Positions 1-14,230 of a stretch of 64,000 nt of DNA are shown piece by piece (the first letter of the stretch is position 1; every line of letters starts with the position of its first letter). Position numbers and translations under genes: made by a program. The notes beneath the pieces were generated by a model. It saw only the letters and a list, made by a program, of their open reading frames with translations, did not search any database and was not told the origin of the DNA. Origin of the DNA: the human T2T-CHM13v2.0 reference genome, Homo sapiens. The stretch is from the NCBI RefSeq assembly GCF_009914755.1, contig NC_060925.1; one strand, written 5' to 3'.

Positions 1-486
1 CTGTGCCAAGCAACAGATGCTACTCCCCAGATCATTCAGGAGCAAAAGGGAACCATTTCAGAGCTGTTCAGCTGAATCACTTTTTTAGATAATTACTTTT
101 TCATATCCCCCAAATTCTTCCAAAAAGTTGTAAGAACAACTTACATTGCTTTACCTACAGCCTTTCCTGTGAGCTAAAAATATGCAGAGTTCTTATGCCT
201 GTTGCATGGCAGAGACCAAATAATTCAGGCACTTCTTCACTTACCCACTGAAAATGCATGTGGGCCTGAAGATGAAGTCCAGGTAGCCCAATTTTAAACT
301 ACCAAAAATTTCATTGTGCCTTTCTTAAAAAGTGGGGGAGGCACTGCCTAATCAAAAAGGTTGTTTTGATTGCTTCCATGGTTCTAGTTTTTGGACGACT
401 GATTTGGATACACCTGAGATGACAGTTGTCAAGAAATCAAACATCTGTTTTTACCAGAATGTAGTCTGACCATTTTTCCCTCGCAG

Positions 487-565
487 TTCGAAGGGCTGCC
501 TGTCGTAGTTTCATCACATGGGCAAACCGGGAGGTTGGCCAGTGCTTTGGTCCAATTTCATCAGG
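487..565 (+). other. Candidate spliced exon (79 nt), probably non-coding or unannotated
   Basis: Branch-point-like CTGAC, pyrimidine tract and CAG acceptor (ctgaccatttttccctcgcag|) upstream; strong donor CAGG|GTAAGA at 566. Motif evidence only. Confidence 0.3.
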
Positions 566-574
566 GTAAGACCT

Positions 575-930
575 AAAATAATAATAATAGCTCATCATTA
601 TTGAGTGCCTACATGTACCAGGCTCTGTCCTAAATGTTTATATGTATTCATTTAATCTTCTATCAATCCCAGGAAGTAGATACTATTATTATTGTTATCA
701 TCATCCCCATATTACAGATGAGGAAACCGGAGCAATGAGAAGTCAAGTAACTCACTGCTCATTGTATACAAGAATCTTTACATGAAATATTTCAGTGGGT
801 TCTAATGAGAGCCCTTTGAGGTGAGTACTACTATTCTCTGCATTTCACAGGTGAGGATATCAGGGTAGAGCAGTTAAGTCATTCGTCCAATGTTACACAA
901 TGGGGCACAATCAAGATTTGAATCCAAGCA
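575..930. mobile_element. MIR SINE fragments
   Basis: MIR core-like text (ccccatattacagatgaggaaaccggagc; catttcacaggtgagga...agttaagtcatt). Boundaries approximate. Confidence 0.6.
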
Positions 931-2552
931 AAAAGCTCATGTTCCTAGACAATTTTTATACATCCCGACATCGAATAGATTTGGAGAGTATGCAGTGTAA
1001 AACATGAGTTTCCCAGGAAAATCAAAGGTTTAATCTACTTGTTGGAGTCTCCACAAATGATTCCACACAGCCTAACACATTGATCTATCTTAGGTAAAGT
1101 GAGGTCGTGGGATCTCTATCAAGATTCACAAAACAGCCAGGCCAAGACTCCTTCATGGCCACATAGGCAAGTGGGTTGGAGCACGCTCCAAAACCCTTCT
1201 GAAGGCACCCAGCTGGCACGGACATTGATACTGTTGCAGTAACCCAAAACTGGCCACCACTTCAAGATCTCATAGCTGCACTGGCAGTACATTTGTTTTA
1301 GTGAGTGAAAAACTGCAAAAACAATGAGACTGTAACTAAACAAATAAGGTTAATAAAACTATGTACAGCACAGGAATTCTCTGGAATATCTTCCCCAGTT
1401 ATTGTTTCAATGAAAATCAGTGGAATTCTCATTTTTCTAAATATATTCCCCCCAAAAATGCCTGTTCTAATATTTTTTCACACTGACCTTGGCATATAAT
1501 ATATTTAGTCAAAACCTGGCTGCAGAGAACATTACCAAGGTGCAAAGAAGGGACACAAAGTATTTCTGTGCCATTTTTGTTAGGCCAAACTCCATTATAA
1601 GGCACTCTAAAGGAGTGTTTACAATCTTTTACGGTGTTCAGACTTCACTGTTAAATTTTGCTTGATATACAGTCCATGGGCTTGGATTTGAGAAACACAT
1701 ATGTATATATTATAATATATCATATTTATATATATTTCTTTATAATATAAATATTTATAATAATTCTTACATATAGAAAGACTAGAAGAACAGAAACTTG
1801 TTCTGGAATGGCATTTATTATTACTATAATACAAATTTGGCTTTCAATAAATGACTTCTCTGGGGAAGAAATTCAGGCAACTCCTTCATTCTATTTCTAC
1901 AGTTCCTTAAAGTAAAATTGTAGTAGCTTTGGGAACATTTATAATAGTAAGTTTTAAATACATTTATTCTTGTTCTTATTTGTTCATCCAACCAGTATTA
2001 ATTTAGTGCCTGCCAAGAACATGGCTCTGAGGGGAGAGGGGGAATATAAAGTGTTTATATATTCTAGCCCCTGCCAAAGAACTTACAACTTATTTAGAAA
2101 AAAAATACATTAATTGCATAGGGGGAAAATGTTGGTTGCGTATATCATTGTGCCAAAAAGGATGACATAGAATATAAGCAATACAATTGTTGAGACAAAG
2201 GTAGATATTTATAACTGAGTGATTAAGAATAGGTTTCTATAGTAGGCATGATTTAGGATAAGAATTAGTTATAAAGAAGGAAAGGGTCTTCCAGGACCTG
2301 CACAAGCAACAGTGTGGGGTTTGGAAATAAAAGAAACGTTCTGGATAAAGCACATTTTCTTTTGGTGCTAAATTCATGGAATTTTAAAAATATAAGTCTT
2401 AGGTGTTTGAACTTTGTTCAGGTCCTAAAGAGTAAGTGAAGTATTTTTAATAAAGAAATGAAACCATTTCATTTGTATTTGAGGTAGATTGATTTGACTG
2501 TATGGTATGTAGGATGACTTGGAGATAGAAGCAATTAATAAATTGCTATGGT

Positions 2553-3279
<727 letters not shown>

Positions 3280-4599
3280 AATTTCTATGGTTAAGATAGG
3301 AAATTACCTAAATGAGCATCAGTAGGGGATCAATTAAATAATTATGGTAAATGCACATACAACAGTGATTATGCAGTAAAAAAAATGAAAATTAGCTCCT
3401 TAACTATTGCTATAGAATGATTATCAAGATAAAAGTTGAAAAAAGCAAGCTCTATGTAGAAAGTATACACATTTTCAATATGATCCTCCAAATATAAAAG
3501 TTTGTTTAAAATATGAATAAATAATATCAATATTTAAAAATATAAACTGTCATGGCAATTTATTTATGAAGTAATGAAAATCTGAACTTGGCTGGCAGCT
3601 GTGGGAGTAAACAGCAAGAGAGTACTGTGAAGATCTCTAAAAGGGAGAAATGGCAGATATTCAGAACTCACATAGCTACAGAAATGAAAGACAATGAAAA
3701 GTCACATGTACCTCCAAACCTGGAAGCCCTAAAGAGCTAGTTAAAGAGGAAGGGTAAATAATGAGTTTACAAATTTCGCACTTGCTACTCACTCTGGTTC
3801 ATCCATAGGCCTCCACTCCACATAGTGATAGAGTCTCTGTACATTTTTCAACCACTCCCTGAATATTTCTGTTGTATTATCCACATTGTGATCAGTGGCT
3901 GCCCTGCATGAGAGAAAGCACAATATAGTTTAACTATGTCATCCAATGAAAGAGAGGGAAATCCAAAAGACCCCTGACTAACTGAAAGAAGAATGGCTAC
4001 TCCTGGAAAAAAAATTGTATATATGAAAATAATTCCCTCATAGTCCAAACTAGACAATAAATTTCCAAAGTGAGAGACACTGCTTAAAATCATCTTTGTG
4101 TCATTAGATCCTAAAACAGGGCTCAGCCAATTGGAGAACGTGTAAATGGTTGCATTAATAAATAAACACATGAAAACACCAAGAGAGTGTAAGCATAAAA
4201 TGAATTAACTGAGAGTCAATTAATGAATCTTCTTGGAAATTTTTCTATATGTTTTAACTTTCAGTTACCCAGGATGTAAACTCCACCTTTTAACTTCATT
4301 AACAATGACCCTCAATTTGAGCAATAATTCTGCTTCATCTTCATTTCAAGTCAATTTTCTGACCGCAGCAAAATATCTAGTCAATGCTGCTTTAATCATT
4401 GTGAAGCTACAATAATAATTCTCAATATAAAACTCAAAATTTAAGGTATGTTCAATTATCTATTTTGGATTAACTTTACCATCACGTTTACAAAATAGAG
4501 TATTTTCCAAAGCCTTTAAATAATGTACACAAAACTTGTGCCTGTTCTACCCTGAAAGTTTAACAAATGGATCCACTTGTAAAAGGGCCTAACTCATTT

Positions 4600-6500
4600 A
4601 TTTAAAAAGTATTTTCAAATTGTATCACAAAGCAAAACCCAACACATGTAAAACAGTTATTCAGAACACCTATAAATGAAGAGATAATGAAATGAAAAAC
4701 AGAAAAAGAGAAGAAAGCAGGAGTTGTAATCCTGACAACAAACGAGGTAGAATTCAGGCCAAAGAGTATTAAGATGACAAAGAAGGAGACTTTATAATAC
4801 TAAAGGAGGCCATTCACATCAAAATATACAAAGTATGAATATCTATACATTTTCATATATTACAGGGGTTGGCAAACTTTCTTTCAAGCGATAGATAGTA
4901 AACATTTTAGGTTTACAGGCCATATACTATCTGCAGCTACTACTTAACTCTGCCATGGTAGTGATAAATCAACCATAAACAATATGTAAATGAATGAGCA
5001 TTGCTGTGTTCCAACAAAACTTTATTTACAAAAACAGGCAGTCTGTAGGCTATAATTTGCTGACCCCTAATATAGTAGAAAGTATAGAAACTGTAAAGAA
5101 AAACAGAAATAACAATAATAAGAGATATTAACATACCACTTTCAGTTAAAGATGGTACAAATGGGGAAACAAGTAAGTATATATAGGATCTGTACAACAT
5201 ACTAATAGAGACTTCTCAAGTGCACATGGAACATCTGCTAGCACTGACCAACAATTACATCCCAAAGAAAGCCTCCATAAAATTGAAATTATATAAACAA
5301 CATTCTCTGATCTAAATGACATATACGTAGAAGTTGATAATAAAATAAAATCCCCCAAATCCACTAAAAACTCTCTTATAAAGTTGTTTTTTAAAAAATA
5401 ACAATTACTAGTGGAAAGATAAATACAAGCCAATTTCAGAACTTCCAAAAATTAATAATGAAAATACTACATATCAGAATTTTGGGATACAATTAAAGCA
5501 GTGATTAGAGAAAAATTCAGTTTTATATGCTTAAATAAATAAAAATAAATGAGTTAAATTTCTACTCAAAAAGCTAGGAAAAAAGCAACAAAGCAAACAT
5601 ATATAAAGAAATTAATAAAGATAAGGGTAGAAAGTTGTGAGATATAAAACAGAAAAAGAGTAGAAACAAACTAAAATGCTACTTCTTTGAGAAAGATCAA
5701 TAAAAGACAAGCTGTAGTTAACCTACCTAAGACAAACAAATATAAAACAATAAGAAATGGTAAGGATGGGAAACAAGAAGATTGATTTGAAAGAAAAATT
5801 TTAAAAATGTGTAAGCAACTACTTTGTACAACTCGATGATAAATTTGAAAACTAAATATAATAGAAGATTTTCCAGAAAAATGCATGTTAGCAAAATTAA
5901 CTCCTGAAGTGATATAAAGCTTAAATGAATAATTTCCATGAAGAGAGTAAACAGGAAAAAAACCCCAACTAGGCTCATGTGTTTTTACAAGGGAATTCTA
6001 CCAAATCCTACAATAGATACTTCCAATGCTATACAGCTTGTTATCCAGAGTGCAGGAAAAAAATGAAAATTCTAAGTTCTTCTAATATTGCAAGTATAAT
6101 ATTGATGTCTAAACCTTATAAAGATTTACACACACACACACACAGGCACACAACTACAGACCAATATCCTTTAATGCACATGCTGCAAAAATCTTAAATG
6201 AAGTATTAGCAAACAGAGTCCAACATCTTATTAAGAAAATATAGCATGGTCTAAGAATTTTCAATATGAAGGAATTTCACTAACATAATTCACTATGTTT
6301 ATGGACCTGAAGAAAAATCATGATTATCTCTGTAAATGTGTAAAAGGTCTTTAACAAAATTCCACACCTAATCCTGGTTTTTAATAACCACACAGAATAC
6401 AATTCAAGCAGATACTAAAAAAATAAGCCACTACAATTAAAACTGTGTGGTAATGACACAGGGATAAATGACATAGGGAGCCCAGTGGCACAGAACAGTA
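4600..6500 (+). mobile_element. Ancient L1M ORF2-region fragment (degenerate)
   Basis: A-rich, with L1 ORF2-like remnants (aaagcaggagttgtaatcct, gacaaagaaggagactttataat, agaccaatatcctttaatg, aaaaatcatgattatctc). Boundaries approximate. Confidence 0.7.
4863..5069. mobile_element. MER58A-like hAT-Charlie DNA transposon
   Basis: Terminal inverted repeats caggggttggcaaact ... aatttgctgacccct; internal aaactttatttacaaaaacaggc. Confidence 0.8.
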
Positions 6501-6537
6501 AGTACAGAAATTTAGTATATGATAAGGGTGTCGTAAT

Positions 6538-6610
6538 ATTCCCATGGAACAAACCTGCACATATACTCCTTGTATCTAAAATGAAAGTTGAAATTTAAAA
6601 ATAAATAAAG
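6538..6610 (+). mobile_element. Very short 3' terminus of an old L1PA/L1PB
   Basis: cccatggaacaaacctgcacatatactcc...ctaaaatgaaagttgaaa followed by an A-rich tail. Confidence 0.55.
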
Positions 6611-6753
6611 TTTCATCAAAAATATATATGATATAATACAGTTTTGAAAAATGATCAGAGGTACACATGAAATAATTTAGCTTCTATTGCATCATTACTT
6701 TCACTGCTATTTGTAGGATGATTTAAAATAAATTGAAAGTAAATATAAATAAA

Positions 6754-7188
<435 letters not shown>

Positions 7189-8028
7189 TCAGGAATGTTC
7201 AAGAGAGAAAAATACATTGTTAAGCAAAGCACAGTGGAACTCTATTTAGATAGGGAATACATTTCTGTAAAATACCAAGAAACTTAAAACTATGTAACTT
7301 AAGCCATAGGGTGTAGAAAAATGGGACATAGAGGTATGTAAGTAATATTTGAAAATATTATCTTGTAAAATAGATACTTAAATTAAAACTAGCCTACTTA
7401 AAAACATTATCCAATAACTACAGATGACACCAATGGCCAACTTGATCTACTTTCAAGTGTCTTCTTGAAATTAGATGAGAACCAACTCTTCTCTTCTCGG
7501 CAAGGTCTAGGAGGGAGAACGACCCACGGGCCCACCTGGACATTCCATGGCCTGGAGAGGGAGAGAGGTGATGTGTGAATCTGACAGTTTTGAGGGATAC
7601 CAGGTGAGCATGTTAGGACCAAGACGGGGTAGGAGGAGCCCTTAGCAACTCACAGAGGTGGGAAAGTGGTCCAGAAAGCAACGTGGAAGAAGGCCACAGG
7701 CTCCACTGAGTTTGTGATTGTGCCAAAAAGTGCAACGTCAGCAAAAGTCACATCCTTTGTGACTCATGGCCACAAGCTACCAACGTCCAGGGTACGCCAT
7801 GAAGAGCGCAATGAGAGTCTAACCACTGGTCTCGTGATAGGAAGCATGCAGAGAGCAATTCCTGAAACTCAGAATTTACCATAAAGCACCTTATTCTTCA
7901 CTTAAAACATTATGAAGAGGAATAAGTTAAAACTAAGCAAAACAAAAATTCCTTATCACAGTGTTAGCCAAAAGCTATGAGATTTCTACATTATTCTTAA
8001 ATTATTTATAAACGGCATAAGAGAATTT

Positions 8029-8194
8029 GCCAGGTGCAGTGGCACACACCCTTAGTCCTAGCTACCTGACAGACTGAGGCAGGAGGATCACTTGAGCCCA
8101 GGAGTTCCAGGCTGCAGTGAGTACAACTATGCCTGTGAATAGTCACTGCACTCCAGCCTGGGCAACATAGTGAGACTCCATCTCTTAAAAAAAA
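8029..8194 (+). mobile_element. FAM-like fossil Alu monomer (7SL-derived)
   Basis: Monomer retaining the 7SL-type segment gcctgtgaatagtcactgcactccagcctgggcaacatag, with a short A tail. Confidence 0.75.
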
Positions 8195-9509
8195 TAGTCT
8201 AGGTAATTTATACAGCATCTACTTCTTTCCTTGGTTGTTGTTTCTTCATTACACAGGACTTCTTAAATTCTCTTTGCCTTCTCTACATCAATGCATTTCC
8301 TAATCCTTTTGACAAAGTTGGTCTTATCGTACGAAATGTGTTTTCCTGGTGTACAGATCAAACAACTCCAAAACCTGCCTAAGCATCCACTCCTGATGAA
8401 CATCCTTAGAAATTAGCTGCCTGGAGTATGCAGAGGTACAGATGTCTAATTAAAAACAGATGCACAGATTTCAAATATTCTCTTTATTGAGTTAAAAAAC
8501 TGTCTGTAGTGTTACTTCCCTGAATTAAGATTCTGTTTGTTCTCAGGCTTCTGAGGAAATGAACACGTCCTCCAGTTGTGGTTGGAGAGAGGTGCATGAA
8601 TCCTGGTCTTTGAAGTGCAGGGCCAATCTCTCCTACACTCATTCCCAGAGGAGGAAGAGGAGGAAGAGCAGTGAGGGCCACACCAGCCCACCGAGGAAGC
8701 CTGGTGGTCCCCGCTTAAGACTAAGTTTCCCTGCTCCTCCTCCCCAATGTCAAAAAAGGCAAAAACACAGAAATCCAGGCAGACACTTCTAACTACTGCC
8801 TTGTAATCGCTCTGACAAAAGTATATTTCCATTTGAATGCATAATAATGAAAGCAACACAGGCCCTGGGCTATTCAGAGGGTTGGACAGAGAGAGATACC
8901 AAAGGCCCATATGCAAGCTTTCTGGAGGAAACCCGAGGCTGGTGCTAACGGTTCTATTTTCAGAGCCCTGTAGCACAAGGCAGCAACAGCGCAGTGCTTG
9001 TCCTGCTGCAGCACTCCACAAGCATCTAGACACAAAAACCTCTGCGGCTGAGGTGGATTTTTCCATGAAGCTAGGAAGCTGAGAACCCAGAATGTGTGAG
9101 GCCCCTCAGGAGGAGCTGAGGCACAGTGGCCCCTCTCTCAGTCTGAAGGCTCCTTGGAAAATGAGTACTGCCTCGAATCTGTTATCCTCCTCCCAACCAG
9201 ACCAGAAAAGGCACCCAGAAAAATCGCAGACATCACTAATGGATTCCTTGAAGAAAACAAATGATGTGCAAGGACAGCTGGACATCTGGAGAGGTGATCT
9301 GCAAGTAATTGACAGTCAGTAATCAGACTGGAAAACCACAGATTGTGAAAACACAAATATGGGCTGGCTGGGTGACCATGTTTCCGGGAGGCTCATACGG
9401 CTCAGTCTTTGCCTCAATTCTCCAACTAGAGTGGATTCACACCTAAATCAACACCTCCACTCACTCTCTCTTCCCCAGATCTCTGACTCAGGATAAGACA
9501 CCAAGGAAA

Positions 9510-9969
<460 letters not shown>

Positions 9970-10654
9970 TCAGTGCTCATGGTTGGCCACCTCTCTGTCC
10001 ATGAGTCCTGGCCTGCTTTCTTTGGAGCTAGTACCTGAAAAGGGAGTGCTGGTAGAAACAGGTGCCACATCCACACTGGCCACCTCTTACCCTAATGCTG
10101 CCCATCTGCTTTCCCTCTGATTCTGCTTTTGGTTCCTATTTCCCCTTCTTCCTCTTCTCCAGCTGTGCAAGTTAGCAAAAGCCCATGAGTCTCAGATTCA
10201 AAATTGAATTAGGACTAAGGGAAACACGTATTGGAGATGTGATCACAGCACGTGTAGAGATCCCCTTGGCTGATGATGCTCCCAGGTCAACAGGTGCACT
10301 GTCACCGCTACATGGAAGGGAGCACAAAGAGCAGACCAAGAAGTCAACATGTCTGCAGGATGAGACGCTTTACTGCTTGGCTGTGGAAAAAAAAAATTGA
10401 GATTTATCTGGCAATGTCTAAAAACATTGACATTTCTCCTTGTTCCAGAAGTTAGTTTTCATTTCTAAGTCTTGCCTCTTAAGACTCAGAGCCAACTAGA
10501 AATAATTAGAACTGACTCATTTATTTTGACAAGTCCTACTGAGGTTGTTAGGGCTAAACTCATATTGGTAAGCATGGGGCCACTGGAATCATATTAAAGA
10601 TGAAGACTGGATCTCTCAGCAGGTGGGACACAGAAACTGAGGACACAGTACTCC

Positions 10655-10956
<302 letters not shown>

Positions 10957-13724
10957 AGGACACGGTACTTCTGATCACTTCCATCTGTACTGAGACTCAG
11001 GGAATGTCCTCAGCTTCCCTGCCACACCCGAGAAAGTCTAAGACCTCTGTCACTATAGAAGAGGTCTGCAATTGGTGGAGTAGCAGGATGGCAACACTGG
11101 ACAACGACTGATCTATTGATCTTGCTGCCTGAGAACCTGCAAAATACATTCCCCAGAGGCTCAAGGGAATGGCAGTGGAATGAACAACAAACTTAGTCAC
11201 CACCTGGACAATCCTCACCATGACTAGTGAGTTGGCAAAGGTAAATTTTCCAATTCGAGACTTCAAACACTGAACTACCCTCTCAGATGCTTCTTGTTTT
11301 CATTGAGCAAAGAAGACTCACTGGTGTAGAAAATAAACAGCTCCACCTAAAAATAAAATTCCACTAATGAAAGCAACTACTGTAATTCATTTTCAAGAAA
11401 GGTCATATCATCGAGTCCCGCCACCTCTGTGTCCAGTCTCAAGGAAAGCCTCCCCAGCAGCAGACGTGCCAAAGGCAGAGACATGCTCAGCCACTCAGCA
11501 AAATATGCCAATTGATCCTTGTTTCTTGGTTACTGGGTAGAATTCTGTCTAAAGATCTGGAATCCTTTTTCTGGGTGGAAACTAGATATGGATATGGTTA
11601 AAGATGTGAATATGGATTGGGGGTCTGGGGATTCCTCCCACAAAAAGCCTTTTCCTAGATCCTATTCATACCAAGTCACTTAGTTGCAATTCTTCCCAAT
11701 GAACTAAGAAATCAGAAAAACTCACTTCTCATGAAAAATTCCTCACCAACAAAATTAATGTTTATACTTCCTCAACATCCCTTCTCAGTATGCCCCATTT
11801 CATCCCAGAAACAATCATAGACAAGACACACCTGAAGCCTGGGTATATGTGATGTAAAAATAAATATTTGATTCTAGAAATTCAAGCAACCAATCAATTT
11901 CATCCCTAAATGGCATCTCTAAATTTTTCCTGATGGTAAAATTTGCTGATTGACCAGTTAACAGTCAATTCAAAAGCCCATTATCATCTTTTAATAAAAT
12001 TAATAAACTTAATTAAACATATTATAATTGAGCTATTTTTGATACTCATGATTCGGAGATATATTTTTCTTCTCTTTGTGTTAAGAACTTCTCAACATTA
12101 TGCCACACACTAACCCATTTTTAGCCTTATGATTAACTAAGTTACTCATTATCTTTATTTCCCCTGTTATAGAAAAGAAGGCTGAGGATGAGAGGTTATG
12201 ATTTGCTCAAGTCATGCAAATGGTGGGTGCTAGAGCTTGGCCTTTTTATTTAGGCCTTCTAATCCATCCCTCAACACCCACCCTCCCACTCCAGGCTCCC
12301 CACCACACCTGTCCAACAAAGAGTAGATGACCAGGAAACACCTGTCAAATTGGAAGTTCTCTACCTTGTCAAGGATATGAATCAATATGACCAATATGAT
12401 CATCTCAGGATGACAGGATGGAAATGCTCTAGCAAAAAACAAAAGAAAAATGGGAAGATTCATTCATTCCCTACAAGCTTTGCTTAGGTTTACTTTCAGC
12501 ATAATTTTCCTTGGAGTCACAACCCTTGGAATTCCATGAAAATATCAGTGGGAGTGTCTGAGACAAGACAAATATGTTTCTCATTTGTCTATTTACCCTC
12601 TTCCTGTTTTCGTTCTCCTTTGGCCCTTGTTTATTCTTCTTCCCACCTTTTTCACCCACTCATCATGGCCCCTTTTCTTGTCCTTATTGGATTTTCCAAT
12701 TCTGTTAAGTTCTTTATTTTGTGGATGTACCCTGAAGACATGTAGTTACTAGTTAAATGTAGCACTGGTACTAAAGAGAAGACACAGCAGGATCCAAAAA
12801 CATTTTCTCCAGGAGTCCTGAACCTCTACATCTCCAAACACATCAGGTTAGATTGGACACCCTCTATCTGTAATTATGCATCACTAGCTTGCCATGCTTC
12901 CAGCACTGTGCTTGCTCTTGTGTTATAATTAACTGGTTCTATTTCTTTCTTCATTACTTGACTTTCTTCCCTGAGGACAGGGACTGTCCCAGTACTTAAC
13001 AGTTCAATATAAAATAAGCCCTTATCATGAGTTTGATGAGTGAATGAATGAACAATTTCAGGGAACTTCTCCCCATCCAACCCAAATGCCTATAAATGCT
13101 GAGCACAGATAACAAAGAAATGAAATGGGCCATGTATGAGCCAACAGTGTGAAAGGAGGACTGTTGAGAATAGGCACATGTGGGCCTCAACTGATTGCTG
13201 CTGCACTGGAATGTGTGCCCAGAAATGCTAGGCTTTCAAATTGTTTCAAGAGAAGCTGGCTATCTACTTTTTAGAGATAAAAGTCTATTTATAACCTGTA
13301 CAAACTTTTAGGCTGAAATGCCATGAAAATATTCCACCCTGGCAGGAGGTCTCTGGAAATCAACATAAAAAACACATTATTTCATCTCTTAATAGCCCAG
13401 GTCCATCTATCCACACATGCTCAGGGCACATATTTCAGTAATTAAATATTTCAAATATGGCTGGGAGGACAGCAATACTATCACTTTGCTGCTTTCACAA
13501 AACAGAAAACATCTTCCATGAGAAAGAAAAGACAAACATGCACAGATTGAGCAAGATGTAAGTAATTCTCTCAACCCAGTCTAATATCAAGAGAATTGGA
13601 AAGAAGAAAAAAATGATGGCAGCACCACAGAATGAGTGTAAGTGTACACTTCCTGCAAACACCGTACATACCTCCTCTCATTGCGCAGCAACTAAGACAT
13701 GATTACTGCTGCACAAACTTTTTA

Positions 13725-14230
13725 CTAACAACTTTATTGAGATATATTTCACATATCGAATACTCACTCTTCTAAAATATAAAATTCAGTGGTTTTTAGT
13801 TGTGCAACCATCACCATTATCCAATTCCAGAACATTTCCATCACCTCAAAAAGAAACCCTACATGCATTAGCAGTCACCTCTCACCCCTCCAGCCCCTGG
13901 TAACCACTATTCTGCTTTCTGTCCCTATGGATTTGCCTATTCTCGTCCTTTCTTATCAATGGAATCATATGATTGTGGCCTTTTGTGTCTGCCTTCTTTC
14001 ACTTTGCATACTGTTTTCAAGGTTCACGCATGTTGTAGCACGTACCAGTACTTCACTTCTTTTTATGGCTAAATAATGTTCCATAGTATGGATATGCCAC
14101 ATTTTGTTTATTCATTTATCAGTTAATAGACATTTGGGTGCTTTCACTTTCTAGTTACTATGAACGATGCTGCTATGAACATTCATGTACAGGTTTTTGT
14201 GTGAACATATGGTTTCATTTACCCTGAGTA
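13725..14230 (-). mobile_element. L1MB-like 3' end fragment
   Basis: actttattgagatata...gttgtgcaaccatcacc...cagaacatttccatcacc...tgctgctatgaacattcatgtacagg. Confidence 0.8.

Noticed and set aside
8484-9356. Cluster of overlapping ORFs, including a 184-aa minus-strand ORF
   Set aside because: No recognisable protein similarity, domain or convincing exon structure; consistent with chance ORFs in moderately GC-rich DNA.
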